DNA from: Oopsacas minuta
Lineage: Eukaryota > Animalia > Porifera
Assembly: GCA_024704765.1 (NCBI GenBank)
Contig: JAKMXF010000049.1
Location: 40,387-91,000, forward strand
Direction: 5' to 3'
Length of the DNA stretch: 50,614 nucleotides
Position 1 is the first letter of the stretch. The number at the start of each line of letters is the position of its first letter. The translations under genes and the position numbers were made by a program. Positions 24,404 through 35,487 of this stretch are shown one piece after another. The notes under the pieces were generated by a model. That model saw nothing but the letters and a program-made list of their open reading frames with translations, ran no database searches and was not told the DNA's origin.

Positions 24404-25492
24404 TTACACTTCAGGTGCAGATTCTTCCTTGCCCGGTATTATAACCTGAGTGTCATCATCTCCACTTTTTGCATTATCAGCTTCAGTAGTAAGTCCAGTA
24501 GGTATGGATGAATCTTTATCCTCTACAATATCTGTAGTATTCTTCACTTCTACAGCTGTAGGATCTGTTGTATCCACAGGAGTAGGTTTAGCATCTTTAG
24601 AAGTATCCTGCTCTGGTGATGATTCCGAAACAGGGAGTGGTTTTGTAGTATCATCAATTTGTTCAGAGGCAACAAATGGTGGAGAATCAGCTGATCGCAA
24701 TACTCTAAGTCTCTCAGCATTAAGGACTAGGATCTGGGCATTATAGTATATAGGATTGACAGGAAGAGAGCTTCCGGTTATCACATTCAAACTCTCCTGT
24801 ACAATCCCACGAGCTACATCATCTGTCTGTATGGCTGGCCATATTAGACTAAATAATTTCTCACCAAATTTCATTTGTTCTTTTCTACCTAATAAGCCAG
24901 GTCTGAATATGGAAAGAATAGGAAATGATATATCACGAAATGTATTCTCAAGAAGCCCTTTCATCTTTAAGTAGAAGAAACTTGATTTAGCATCAGAGCC
25001 ACTAGATGTAAGCAGACTCATGTGCTTAACTCCCATCTCCTTCGCTACTCTAGCAAATCTAACAGGAATATCAGTGTCTATCTGAATGAATCTTTCTTTA
25101 GAACCAGCTTTACTTCGAGTAGAACCTAGACAATTATAAAATGTATGTGCTCCTTCGAAAATACCTCTCAGTTCTCCATCACTCACAGCCTCCAGATCTA
25201 CGATATGTTCCACTAACTTCCCTTCTTGTATAGCGTTTGATAAGATCACGGAGTTCACATATTCTCTCGGAACATCATACTTTCTACGTGCTACAACCCT
25301 AACAGAAGTGATCTCATGACAGAGCAGCAGTTCTGCAACAACATATCTACCTGTAACACCTGTAGCTCCTATTACAACCACATTAATGCTACTAGATTGT
25401 GACAAAGGAATGTTACCAGTAGGCTTTGACTTAGGTTCATTATCATCAGGCACTGACTGAGGGTCAGGATGACTGGTATTATATTCAGCCAT
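24404..25492 (-). CDS. HTATIP2: Oxidoreductase HTATIP2/TIP30 (SDR, NAD(P)-binding), 362 aa, intronless, with an acidic C-terminal extension
   Basis: Rossmann motif VVVIGATGVTG, NCLGSTRSKAGSKERFIQID, SSFFYLKMKGLLE (YxxxK) and SIFRPGLL. Confidence 0.9.
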   Translation of the reverse strand: MAEYNTSHPDPQSVPDDNEPKSKPTGNIPLSQSSSINVVVIGATGVTGRYVVAELLLCHEITSVRVVARRKYDVPREYVNSVILSNAIQEGKLVEHIVDLEAVSDGELRGIFEGAHTFYNCLGSTRSKAGSKERFIQIDTDIPVRFARVAKEMGVKHMSLLTSSGSDAKSSFFYLKMKGLLENTFRDISFPILSIFRPGLLGRKEQMKFGEKLFSLIWPAIQTDDVARGIVQESLNVITGSSLPVNPIYYNAQILVLNAERLRVLRSADSPPFVASEQIDDTTKPLPVSESSPEQDTSKDAKPTPVDTTDPTAVEVKNTTDIVEDKDSSIPTGLTTEADNAKSGDDDTQVIIPGKEESAPEV

Positions 25493-27102
25493 TTAACTAA
25501 ATATAAAATAATAAAAGATAACTCCAAAAGTATAATTAGTATAGGATTAATGGCAGGTAATTAGTTGCGCAGGGTTTCATTTAGGGGGGGGCATTTGCCC
25601 CCCCCTCTGTCTAAATATCTGGATGAAACACTGTTACGTACTCAAATTCTAAGGTAAGAATAGCCCAGAACAGGGCCAGTAATTCAATCTGACCAGGTCA
25701 AACCTGGGCAGAATTTTCCACACCAGGTTTTGACCAGGTCCACCGGAAATATTGAAATTAGTATTTATGCTAAAAACGTACAGGTGACCTGCATCTTATT
25801 ATGATAAAGGTAAATGGTAATGCTGCAGGAAAAATGTATTACATTAGATGTTGGTGTCACAGCGAATAGTGTTCCCCTGAAACAATATCATACTTGCCAG
25901 TTGCCTTACATCCATGGATCCCTGAATTATTAAAGGATTTGATATATGACCCATGGAATAATTTCTGCATTTTGTCCTCATAAGAGAGGGAAAAAATCAT
26001 AAACCATTTGTATGTAGTATTTAAAAATCAAGGGATTTCTAGAAAAATATCCAAGGAAACAGTTACAAGGGGCTGATAAGTATGATTCATACACTAGCAA
26101 TCTTTTTCACCCGTGGACCCCTATCCCAATTTTAACACATTCTGTAGACCCCCTCGCATAAATCCCAATAGATCCTGTGGACCCCTGCCGTCGACCGTGG
26201 ATCAGCAAGGGATCCATGGACCCAGGTTGGGAACCGCTGCACTAGGGAACACAATTCACTGTGACACCTGTCATAAAAACTCTAGCGCGATTTACCAAAT
26301 CTTTGTATTTACTCCATTGAATCATTTGCTACATATAAAAACATTCCACGGAGGATATAAGAACATTATACGTACTAGCATAGTTGTCAACTTTTGTAAA
26401 AATCTATCCGCTTGAATCAGTTGAATTTCTCAAATTTTTGAAATGAAATGGATGGCTAATACGAATTATACCCACAATAAGGGCGCATAATTGCATAAGT
26501 ATGTATCTCGTTATGAATCATTGTAATGATGTTAGATTGGCCAGAAATTTGTATGTGGGAGTGCAAAAATTAAAGAGGAATTATGTTCAAATCCTTGAGT
26601 CTCACTTTGGATCCATGAGGCTTGACATCTAAGTACTAGAAAACGGTTGGCGTATACCCCTATATAATTTATGCCGGTTATAAGAGCATGTCCTGAGGTC
26701 CTGAGACAATGAATATCGCTTAAAAGAACCATCATTTAGATACGGTGTCCATATACACACGAATGTATATCTCAAGAACACATCGTTGATAAAAATCTTA
26801 TTTCTACTCCCAGATGGTATTCCCATAAGCAATCATTGTATTTACAACATGTCGATATGTCAATATAAGAACATTCTATGCAAATCATGACGATGTTCTT
26901 ATAGTCAGCACCCACCCTATTAGCCTTATGATAACATTCACAAATAATATACACTTATCACAGTAATAAAACCATTAGCGTTTTCTCAAAACATAAATTA
27001 ACCAGAGCTCATGAGGGGAGCACTGATGCTCGAATTAGGTATGACCAAGACAGATAAATATAGGCTCTCACGGCCCTGGCCAATAGCGGAAAAGTAAATT
27101 TA

Positions 27103-27957
27103 TCAAAAAATATGGAGACAATGCTGTTCATCTCCTTCACAAGCGACAATAACTCTTCCTTGATTATCTACTGTAACACCATTAGGCTCAGTTATAGATA
27201 TCTTGTGAATCAATTTGTAATGAGAACTGAAAATATAAATAGACTGAGAAGTATAATCTGAAATAATAATATTATTAGACCTGTCAATACAGAAGAAATA
27301 CGGATATGTCACATCTAATCCAGCTCCTAGAGAGATAATATTCTTCTGTAGAATGTGATTGTAATTGTACAGATGAAGACAAGGATTCATAGAATCAAGA
27401 ATGAAAATGAATTCTTTTGAAAGTTTAACATCTCGAGGGAATTTGAGGTTATCTTGCCCAAACTGTGATTTGAACCTAAGTTCTCTGGAAACGATCTGAA
27501 TACGATTATTGTAGCAATCACATATGTATACCTCTCCATTAGACTCATCAAATGTCAGACCACGAGGATGAAAAAATTCTAATTCTCCTTTCCCAAATTT
27601 TCCTATTCTAGAAACAAACTTCCCATTACCTTGATAATTCATAATATAGTGGGTTTCTACTGAAATTAGAATTCTATCTCTACATATAGCTACCCCTATT
27701 GGACGTTCCATCTTTCCTTCTCCTTCCTCATCTCCAAACTTGAACAAAATCTTACCATAATTATCGAATACTTTCACACAATAATTCTCTCTATCTGCTA
27801 CATAGATATCTTCTGTACTATTATCAATAGTCAATCCTTCTGCTCTATTAAGATTTTCTAGCCCCTTACCGAATTTACATGCACTGACTATTGGTTGTAT
27901 CTTGTCCTTATAGACTACTACAGAGAAGACTCTTTCTAAAGGATTATCTGTAGCCAT
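27103..27957 (-). CDS. NHL-repeat beta-propeller protein (TRIM2/3/71-type NHL module only), 284 aa
   Basis: Repeated NHL units: GLTIDNSTEDIYVAD..CVKVFD, RPIGVAI, HPRGLTFDESNGEVYICDCYNNRIQI, FPRDVKL, EPNGVTVDNQGRVIV. No RING or B-box is seen. Confidence 0.9.
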   Translation of the reverse strand: MATDNPLERVFSVVVYKDKIQPIVSACKFGKGLENLNRAEGLTIDNSTEDIYVADRENYCVKVFDNYGKILFKFGDEEGEGKMERPIGVAICRDRILISVETHYIMNYQGNGKFVSRIGKFGKGELEFFHPRGLTFDESNGEVYICDCYNNRIQIVSRELRFKSQFGQDNLKFPRDVKLSKEFIFILDSMNPCLHLYNYNHILQKNIISLGAGLDVTYPYFFCIDRSNNIIISDYTSQSIYIFSSHYKLIHKISITEPNGVTVDNQGRVIVACEGDEQHCLHIF

Positions 27958-28144
27958 TTAGTTAATTTATGTTAATTAAACAATTCAAGTATATATTGCA
28001 TGCGAATACTATGTATGTAAGAAGCTAAACTAAATATTATCACTGATACCTACTTAAGATATCAGATATCTATCTTTTAATATACACATCGTTATGTTGC
28101 TGTTGAATTTATAAAATATACATCTCAAAATGCAGAATTGAAAC

Positions 28145-28395
28145 ATGAATTTTTCTAAAGTCAATATTTAACTCCTTTTGGTGATTAATGATATTTTCAC
28201 ACCTTTCTATGTAAAATATACAAGTAAGCTAGAGATTAGGTTTCAATATGTTGTCAGGGGTAATTGGGTGCGTAGAGTCCGATTTCGAGAATTTCAGAGC
28301 CTGAAAGTTACAAATTCACAGATTTATCATATGATTAATCATGTTTCACACCTTTTTGTGGATATTATTCAAAATCATGCTATAAATTTCGTTTT
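28145..28395. repeat. Dispersed ~250-bp repeat; direct copy at ~48068-48300 and an inverted partial copy at ~8215-8345
   Basis: Shared cacacctttctatgtaaaata...gctagagattaggtttcaa(t/c)atgttgtcaggggta(a)ttgggtgcg...aaattcacagatttatcatatgattaatcat. Confidence 0.85.
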
Positions 28396-29189
28396 CTGCT
28401 ACTAAGGGGTAATGGAATATGTAGATTCCAATTTTCTAATTTCCAAATCTATGCCTAACCCACGATAGCATCTGGGATTTACTATAAATAGAGAAGGGTT
28501 GTGTATTTTTGTCTTGAAAAGAACAAAATACATAACCCTGAGCTGCACTCCCAGTCTGTCAGCTGGAAACTTATGTTTTTTTGTTTTCTGTATCCGGTCT
28601 ACAGCCCACACTGTTCAAGATTAAAAGCTGAAACCAGGTGATACCATATGAAATTGCACTTCTGTTTACGATTTTACTACTAAAACTAAAGTGACCATTG
28701 TCCAGTTTACTGTGCCGCTTAGATTGGATCAGAGATGATTAGCCTGTCAGGTACAGGTTGATATTTTAACTGAAAGTATAGGAAAGATTCATAAGAATAT
28801 ACTTAACAATATATTTGGTAGAAACAAATAAATACACAAGAGATTTGGCTATTCCAAGTAGGAAACAACAGAAACTTAGAAAATCTATAGACAACACTCA
28901 CTATCTCGACACACAACAATAATTCTATGTTTATCATTTACTGTAATTCTCATTGGTTTACAATTCGAGATTTTGTTGATTAATTCAAATTCAGAAATGA
29001 GAATAAGAATAGAATTAGAATCATGATTTGAAGTTAGAATATTATTAGAATTGTCAATGGAGAAGAACCAAGGCTGTTATTACTTGTCCTTTCCTCTGAC
29101 ACTTGTAATGAAGGTATTCAGACTTGGACGTGATTGTTAAGGTAATCACAAATGAAATATTCTCGATTTGATTTATCGATAGTTAAACC

Positions 29190-29620
29190 CCTGGGATAAG
29201 CAAACAGAATATTTCACTTCCATAATCACCAAATCGGGAAATATACTTTCCATATAGCTGATAAATCAGGATACAGTGGTTACCTTGAGAAATAAGAACT
29301 CTATTTCTATAAATAACTGAAGCTTTCGGATAGTTCATCTTACCTTCTTCATTGCTATTACCAAATTCAAACAAATACTTGGCAGTACTGTCGAATACTC
29401 TAGCACGATCGATCTGCTATATAAATATTCCTTGTTTCGTTATCTATTGTAACACCATATGGATTATAAAGTCGTGCATTTCGACATCCTTACTTACAAG
29501 CACTTACTAGAGGTTGTCTCTTGCTCCTATAATCAAATCCATTTCTCTCTGCCTCCACCATATTACCAACTTTATCTTCTCCAATCTGATTAGTTGTAGC
29601 TATACCTTAGATATCTAATC
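29190..29620 (-). pseudogene. Degenerate NHL-repeat paralogue
   Basis: FDYRSKRQPLVSACK*GCRNARLYNPYGVTIDNETRNIYIADRSC, a frameshift, then RVFDSTAKYLFEFGNSNEEGKMNYP..RVLISQGNHCILIYQL..ISRFG. It is collinear with the N-terminal part of 27103-27957 and loses NHL similarity after about 2 blades. Confidence 0.82.
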
Positions 29621-29928
29621 CAAACAATAAAAGTACATAAGAAGGTATTTGACCATCTGTAACACGCTTTATACAAAATATCATGCATCATGCATGGATA
29701 TTGAATACGTTAGATATTTGATATTGAAATTTTCATTTTCTTCGTTTACTATGCGGTATAGGTATATAAAACCGTTAGCTATCTCGAATGCCGGTTAACC
29801 CGAACAGATTTTGATTTCTCCTGGGGTTCGAATTACAGGATGATGACTATATTATATATTTATCACATATAAATACTCAATAATAGTTAAAACAGCAAAA
29901 ATAGTTATACAGCAGTTGGGTTGTGACG

Positions 29929-30684
29929 TCAGAGAGGTTTGTATAGCAATGTAGTATAGAACCTATCCTTGTATCTCTGAGGAGTAGCCAGTACTGTGCA
30001 GTTCTTGAGAGAGATAGCATAGAGATGCTTGAGACAGACATGAGAAGGTTCTTCAGTAAGAACTGTCTGGTCTGTCATCTCAGATTGTGCGGAAGGATTG
30101 ATGTGTAGTTGAGGCATCTGAGTTAGCTGTTTAGGGAATTCAGGCGGGATTGGAGGACCTAGTTTACCGTGTATTTTAGGCATTTCCTGTCCGTACTCAC
30201 CTTCTGGACTCTCAGGTCTGTCAGATTGTGTGAATGGACTAGATAGAGAGAAGTCATCTAGCTGTGAACTAACTGCATTCACTGTAATAACATTATTAAA
30301 TCCTCCGTATGTATCTTCTACTAAACTATTTCCATCAGGATCTTGTCTCCATGCACCATCTACATAGAATTTGTACTCGTGTGTTCCCTCTGGTAGCTCT
30401 ATGATCGTATTGAAGTCGTTTGTACTTTTGGAGAGAGGGATCTTCTCCCAGTTGCTAAAGCTCCCTGCTATGTAAACTTCATCAGCTGTTTCAGACCATC
30501 TGAATATACGTGGAGTCTTAACGATGTCATCTCTCTCTGTATCTGGTATATTGGGAGTATCTTTGTGCTGTACAGTGAATATCCCTTCAGCTGCTGCTTC
30601 TTGTTGTCGTTGTATTGTCATATCATCTTCTGATTGCTTTAGGGGAACTGGTTGGCTGCTAAGGTCAGTACCCATTTCTTTCAA
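29929..30684 (-). CDS. PRKAB1: 5'-AMP-activated protein kinase beta subunit, intronless
   Basis: Carbohydrate-binding module FRW..ADEVYIAGSFSNWEKIPLSKSTNDF..ELPEGTHEYKFYVDGAW and C-terminal ASC domain PSHVCLKHLYAIS..TTLLYKPL. The likely start is MGTDL at 30675 (N-myristoylation context). The beta1/beta2 distinction is not meaningful here. Confidence 0.95.
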   Translation of the reverse strand: MKEMGTDLSSQPVPLKQSEDDMTIQRQQEAAAEGIFTVQHKDTPNIPDTERDDIVKTPRIFRWSETADEVYIAGSFSNWEKIPLSKSTNDFNTIIELPEGTHEYKFYVDGAWRQDPDGNSLVEDTYGGFNNVITVNAVSSQLDDFSLSSPFTQSDRPESPEGEYGQEMPKIHGKLGPPIPPEFPKQLTQMPQLHINPSAQSEMTDQTVLTEEPSHVCLKHLYAISLKNCTVLATPQRYKDRFYTTLLYKPL

Positions 30685-30926
30685 TTAGAAAGAATGCTAA
30701 GTGATTAGATAATATAATAAAGATAGTATATAAATGTGAGATGGAGGGATCTATTCATTATAATGATTTTATACAAAGTAGTTTATAAATTCTCTTGATT
30801 GAGGCAGGAATTGCCAAACAGATTGCTAGCTACATTTCTACAAAGCTTTGAGAATGATCTAGATTTGACCTTTTAAATTAATTTCTATGAATATCAGTGA
30901 AATATAAATTATAGAAATATTGTATC

Positions 30927-32498
30927 TTACAATGTTCTATTAGTTGCTAGGCTGTGGGTATTTATAATCGTAATATCCTTAAGTTGCAATCTGTGTAGCT
31001 CTGAATAATATACGAACATCTGAGCTAAGAGCTTCATCTGTCTTGTTAACAACATGCTCACATCTTCACTCCTGCATTCTATAGAGTTTATTTCCTTCTC
31101 CATCCTCCACTCCTGCTGTCTGTCCTCTAGCCGAGTCAGAGGTGAGGAGAGAGAGGCCAGAAAGAAGGGAGGGGTGTCAGGATACTCAAAATAAACAGAT
31201 ACTAAGAAGTATAGCTTGTACTGTTCGTAATGTAGCTCTCCGGAGTAACAGTGTCCATCTCTGGGAGAGAAGTTTTCTAGCAGCTTACCACTACTGGATC
31301 TGGCTAGACTCTCCTTCAGTTCCTCACTACTCAAGAGTTTCCAGTCACAGAGCTTAGCATTAGAATCTATTCCTGAATTGGCTATAGTCTCCAGCTGATC
31401 AGCTAGAGAACTACGACTAGTTACCCGCCTGAAGAGACTATCGATAATATGACCGGTGTGAGTCTGAGCTATCTCACGATTAGGTACTAGGATGTTCGCA
31501 TCAGGTCTCAACCCTCCCATACATTGTACCCACAAATTCTCGAATACTGATATCCTATCATGCACCAGACTGGGCACTACCAGATTGGTGAGGAGATTAG
31601 ACCTGTTCATCCACCTAGCTCTAGGAGCTTCCGGTTTAGGAGCCAGTTCTGTTATAGTAGCAATCACAGTCTCGTCGTAAGTGTCGAATGCGAATCGAAT
31701 AGTGACTGAGTTAGGAGAGGAACGTATCTTGAGGAATATCTGTACAGAGTGTAAGTACTCCTCTTCTTCTGCTAGCTTTCTGATGTCCACCAGTTTCACT
31801 TCAAAATTCAGCTGCTTACAGCTGCAATATGACTTTGTTTCTATAAAGAGAATGTATAGAGGAGGTACCAGTCGCTTGGCTAACACTCTTTCTGCGTTCT
31901 CATGCATCACGTGCATACCCAGATCATTCTCATTGCTAGCAGCCTTAGCAGATAGCCTCTCTACAACTCGTGACAGCTCTGTCATCATGTTAGATTTCCT
32001 TACGTTATCTTCTAACCTTATTGAGGTCTCTTCTTTCAACTTCTTAGCTTGAGTAGTTAGTCTCTGCCTTGTCTGTAATTCCCATTGTAATCTCTGCTTC
32101 ATCAGCTCGTGAGGGCCATCAGTAGGAGAATACTCAATTAGTTGTGTCAGTTCACTCTCATCTATTATTTCTATCTGCTCATGCATAGAAGATAAAGTAA
32201 GACATGACTGTATTTCTTTTTTCAGGTGTTGCGAGTGGTATAACAAGTTCTCCAGCTGTAACAGCTGTTTGTTGAATGCTTCCTTACACAACTGCAGATC
32301 TTCTCTAGCCGAAACTCCTTTAGAGTGAGCCGCTCTATTCATATCCAGCAAGAAGGAAAGATATATATTGGCGTCTTGTCTCAACTTCATACAAGAAGCA
32401 GATTTACCACACTTCTTAGCCTCATAGAGGTCTGATAATAAAACACGAATGTTTTCGTAATAGGATTTGTATTCTTTGAATGGACTACAAGCACTCAT
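30927..32498 (-). CDS. THOC5: THO complex subunit 5 (FMIP) homologue, 523 aa, intronless
   Basis: MNRAAH..LQLENLLYHSQHLKKEIQSC..SMHEQIEIID..HELMKQRLQWELQTRQRL matches the THOC5 N-terminal coiled region; LVPPLYILF and the C-terminal YPDTPPFF..RMEKEIN also fit. Confidence 0.85.
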   Translation of the reverse strand: MSACSPFKEYKSYYENIRVLLSDLYEAKKCGKSASCMKLRQDANIYLSFLLDMNRAAHSKGVSAREDLQLCKEAFNKQLLQLENLLYHSQHLKKEIQSCLTLSSMHEQIEIIDESELTQLIEYSPTDGPHELMKQRLQWELQTRQRLTTQAKKLKEETSIRLEDNVRKSNMMTELSRVVERLSAKAASNENDLGMHVMHENAERVLAKRLVPPLYILFIETKSYCSCKQLNFEVKLVDIRKLAEEEEYLHSVQIFLKIRSSPNSVTIRFAFDTYDETVIATITELAPKPEAPRARWMNRSNLLTNLVVPSLVHDRISVFENLWVQCMGGLRPDANILVPNREIAQTHTGHIIDSLFRRVTSRSSLADQLETIANSGIDSNAKLCDWKLLSSEELKESLARSSSGKLLENFSPRDGHCYSGELHYEQYKLYFLVSVYFEYPDTPPFFLASLSSPLTRLEDRQQEWRMEKEINSIECRSEDVSMLLTRQMKLLAQMFVYYSELHRLQLKDITIINTHSLATNRTL

Positions 32499-34194
32499 TA
32501 GGAATGTATCTAAATTTCATAATAGTTATTACATCAATAGACACGCCAGAAAATCAAGGATTATTGGTCAAAGTGTTTCATTGTCCAGGATTTGGACCAA
32601 AATTATCTGGTCACGCGGCAAACATGTTAAACGAGGTATCATGCTATTTGTATTACAAAATGAAAAAAATATCAATTTATAGTTGTATACATGTACCTGT
32701 CAAATAATATAGTGTCCAGGAATTTTTGGGTGCAAATGTTGAGATGTACAGGATTTAGACCTAAACATGGTGGTTACCCTACCCTAGGCCAGGGTGGTTT
32801 ATGACGCCTATGAATACACTGTTAGAGGAAAATTAGTCCTCTAAAATTTACTGAAAATGGTCCTATAATCCAATATTGCATAGATATTTGGTCCTAAACT
32901 TATCGAAAAAAAGATCTGGGGTCAAAATACGGTCCTGACGGACAATTTTTCAGACTTCCATAATTCATGGAACGGAATGGACAAGTTTTTCTTGGGGAAT
33001 TTTCAAAACTTAGTTTGACACATATTTGCCCTCAAAATCACAAAATAGTGTAGAACAACAGTTGTCAAGGATATGCATATCTAATGACATTTCACGTCGA
33101 TATCAATCAATGAGTCAAATTTGTATCGATTTGTATAGTATTTATTTCATTTCGCCTAGAAATGTTCCCTCTCTAATTTTCGATCTCCTTTTCTTGGCTA
33201 GAGGGAGGTAGTTATCCAGCCTAAAGCTGGTTCATATAATATTCGCGATTGAGCATGATGAAAAGCTGCTCACGATTGTTGATCGATTTCGCTCAAAATG
33301 GAGAAAATTGATTACCACAAACATGAAAAGTCAAACAAAAGCTTGACAACCGTCATAAAATAATATTCTGAGATTTACAAGGCTAAATGTGCAACAAACA
33401 ACAAATTTGAAATTTCTTCAAAAAAAACTTGTCAGTTAATAAATAATATCTAGATAATATCAAATTTGGAATCTAAAATATGATAAATCATGTAGATATA
33501 GATTTGAAAATGTCAAATTTGGAATCTACATACTCGATTGACTAGCATTGAAAAGTATAGGGAAATATTGGCGCATATGTCTTTACCAATTCGTGAATTT
33601 GCAGAATGGAAAAGCATAAATTACCCAAATCAAATATTATCTAATACTCATCAGCTACCAAATTAGATATTAGTGAGATGCTTACTTGCTGGTATAAAGA
33701 AGATTTGAAAGCAGATTATCTAGCATAGGTAATGACGGATGAGGATTGCGAAGAAGCGTCCTATTGGGATCAAAAGGCCGCAGAATATGTTACAAAAACT
33801 TTATATTATGTCGTATTGATTTGATATTCTCAAACCCAAGTTTTAACGAAAGATCAACAGAAGACATTTATCAAATGGAAATATTCACACCTTCTCACAT
33901 AGTTCATATTTATTTGTTTTATGTATATGCATAGAGGAAATAATACAAAAATGCAAAAAGGTTTTAGAATTATACTTCTAAAGGCTATAATGGGGTAATC
34001 GAGTATGCTGAGTCCGAATATGATTTTTAACATCGTATGATCAATTTTTGTTGTTATTTATGTACATAAAGTAAACAAATTCAAAAAGTTCGTATACTTT
34101 TAACGGTTACAGAGGTAATCGAGTGTTCGAATGTGATGTTGTGAATAGCATATCGTGAATATTCGACTTAGAGAGTGACTTTCAAACATACATA

Positions 34195-35487
34195 CAGGGT
34201 GGGGCATAATTTCTGCCACAGTATTATAAGATTACCACAAATATTTCTTCCAACATTCAAGTCTTATTTGCCCCTTAGATACATTGTATTATATGTTTAG
34301 GGTGTTGTAATAAAGTAATATTTCTTCTGTGTCTATAATCTCAACTATATTGTAATCGATCAAGAATTATTCTATTATTTGAGGAAGGGAAAAGTCCATC
34401 AGAAATATTCAAAATACTAAAATTTCCCAATAGTAGAAGGAAGTTGATATATAGAACTATTAAGCGATATACAGATACTGGGGGGATAAATGACAAACGC
34501 TGGTCGTCCACGCTCTGTTACCACTCAAAGGCTTAAAAAGGTATTGAGGGAACGGATACGGAGGAATCCCCGCCGTTCAATGAGGAAAATGGCCTCTGAA
34601 CTTAAGATCTCTCGTAGATCTATTGGACGAGTTGTTAAAAGAGACTTAGAGATGCGTTCTTTCAAGCGAAAGAGAGTGCACCATCTCTCGGTCTTAGTAA
34701 AGGGAAAAAGAGTCACGAGGAGTAAGGGACTACTAAACCGGCACGCAATCCATGGTCTTGAATCTTTTGTATTTACTGATGAGAAATTATTCACCATAGA
34801 GGATATACATAACCCGCAAAAGGATCGTATCATCTCATCCTCACTTGAAAACATTCCTGAAGAACTTCGATACGTTAGTCGGATACAAAAACCTCTCTCA
34901 GTGATGGTATGGGCGGGAATTTTTGCAATTAGCCGGACACTACTCATTTTTGTACCCGCAGGAGTGAAAATCAACACTCAGGACCTACCGAGAGCTTATA
35001 TTAAAGCCTGTTGTAAAAGGACTGAGCCGTACGATGTTTTCTGGAAAACCTTTTGTGTTTCAACAGGACGGTGCTCCAGCTCATACTTCTAATGCTACAC
35101 AAGCATGGTTTCGGAGCAATAATCCCAATTTTATTCGGAAGGAGGAATGGCCACCCTACAGTCCTGATTTGAACCCATGGACTATTCAATCTGGTCAATC
35201 TTGGAAACAAATGCCTGTTCAAAGTCTCACACTAATGTAGAGTCATTGAAAAGGGCATTGTGTCGAGAATGGGAGAGGATACCTCAAGAAACCCTACGTG
35301 CTGCTGTTAATGCTTTTCCCAAGAGACTGCACAGTTATTAAAGCAAAAGGTGGCTATATTGAAAAATGATTTATATTATTGATAATGAATGTATTTAGTA
35401 TTCACTTGAAAAGTATCAGGATGATACTGTGCTAATTAGGAATCATATCGAAATTTAACCTTGTGGCAGAACTTATGCCCCACCCTG
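34195..35487 (+). mobile_element. Full-length Tc1/mariner element of the DD37D (maT) family, transposase frameshifted
   Basis: 26-bp TIRs cagggtggggcataa(t/g)ttctgccaca with TA TSDs (34193-34194, 35488-35489); 1293 bp. The transposase runs ~34355-35369 across several frames: paired-like HTH, GRPR linker, FVFTDEK (D), FQQDGAPAH (D), WPPYSPDLNP[M]DY (D, 37 residues after the second D), ending KAKGGYIEK*. Confidence 0.92.

Noticed and set aside
26532-26954. Three short Cys-containing minus-strand ORFs
   Set aside because: They are interrupted by stops, overlap a MITE motif and match no family I recognise.
33575-33850. Protein-like degenerate frame (MSLPIREFAEWKS..LTCWYKEDLKADYL)
   Set aside because: It has multiple stops and no assignable family; possibly an old pseudogene, and tBLASTx would be needed.
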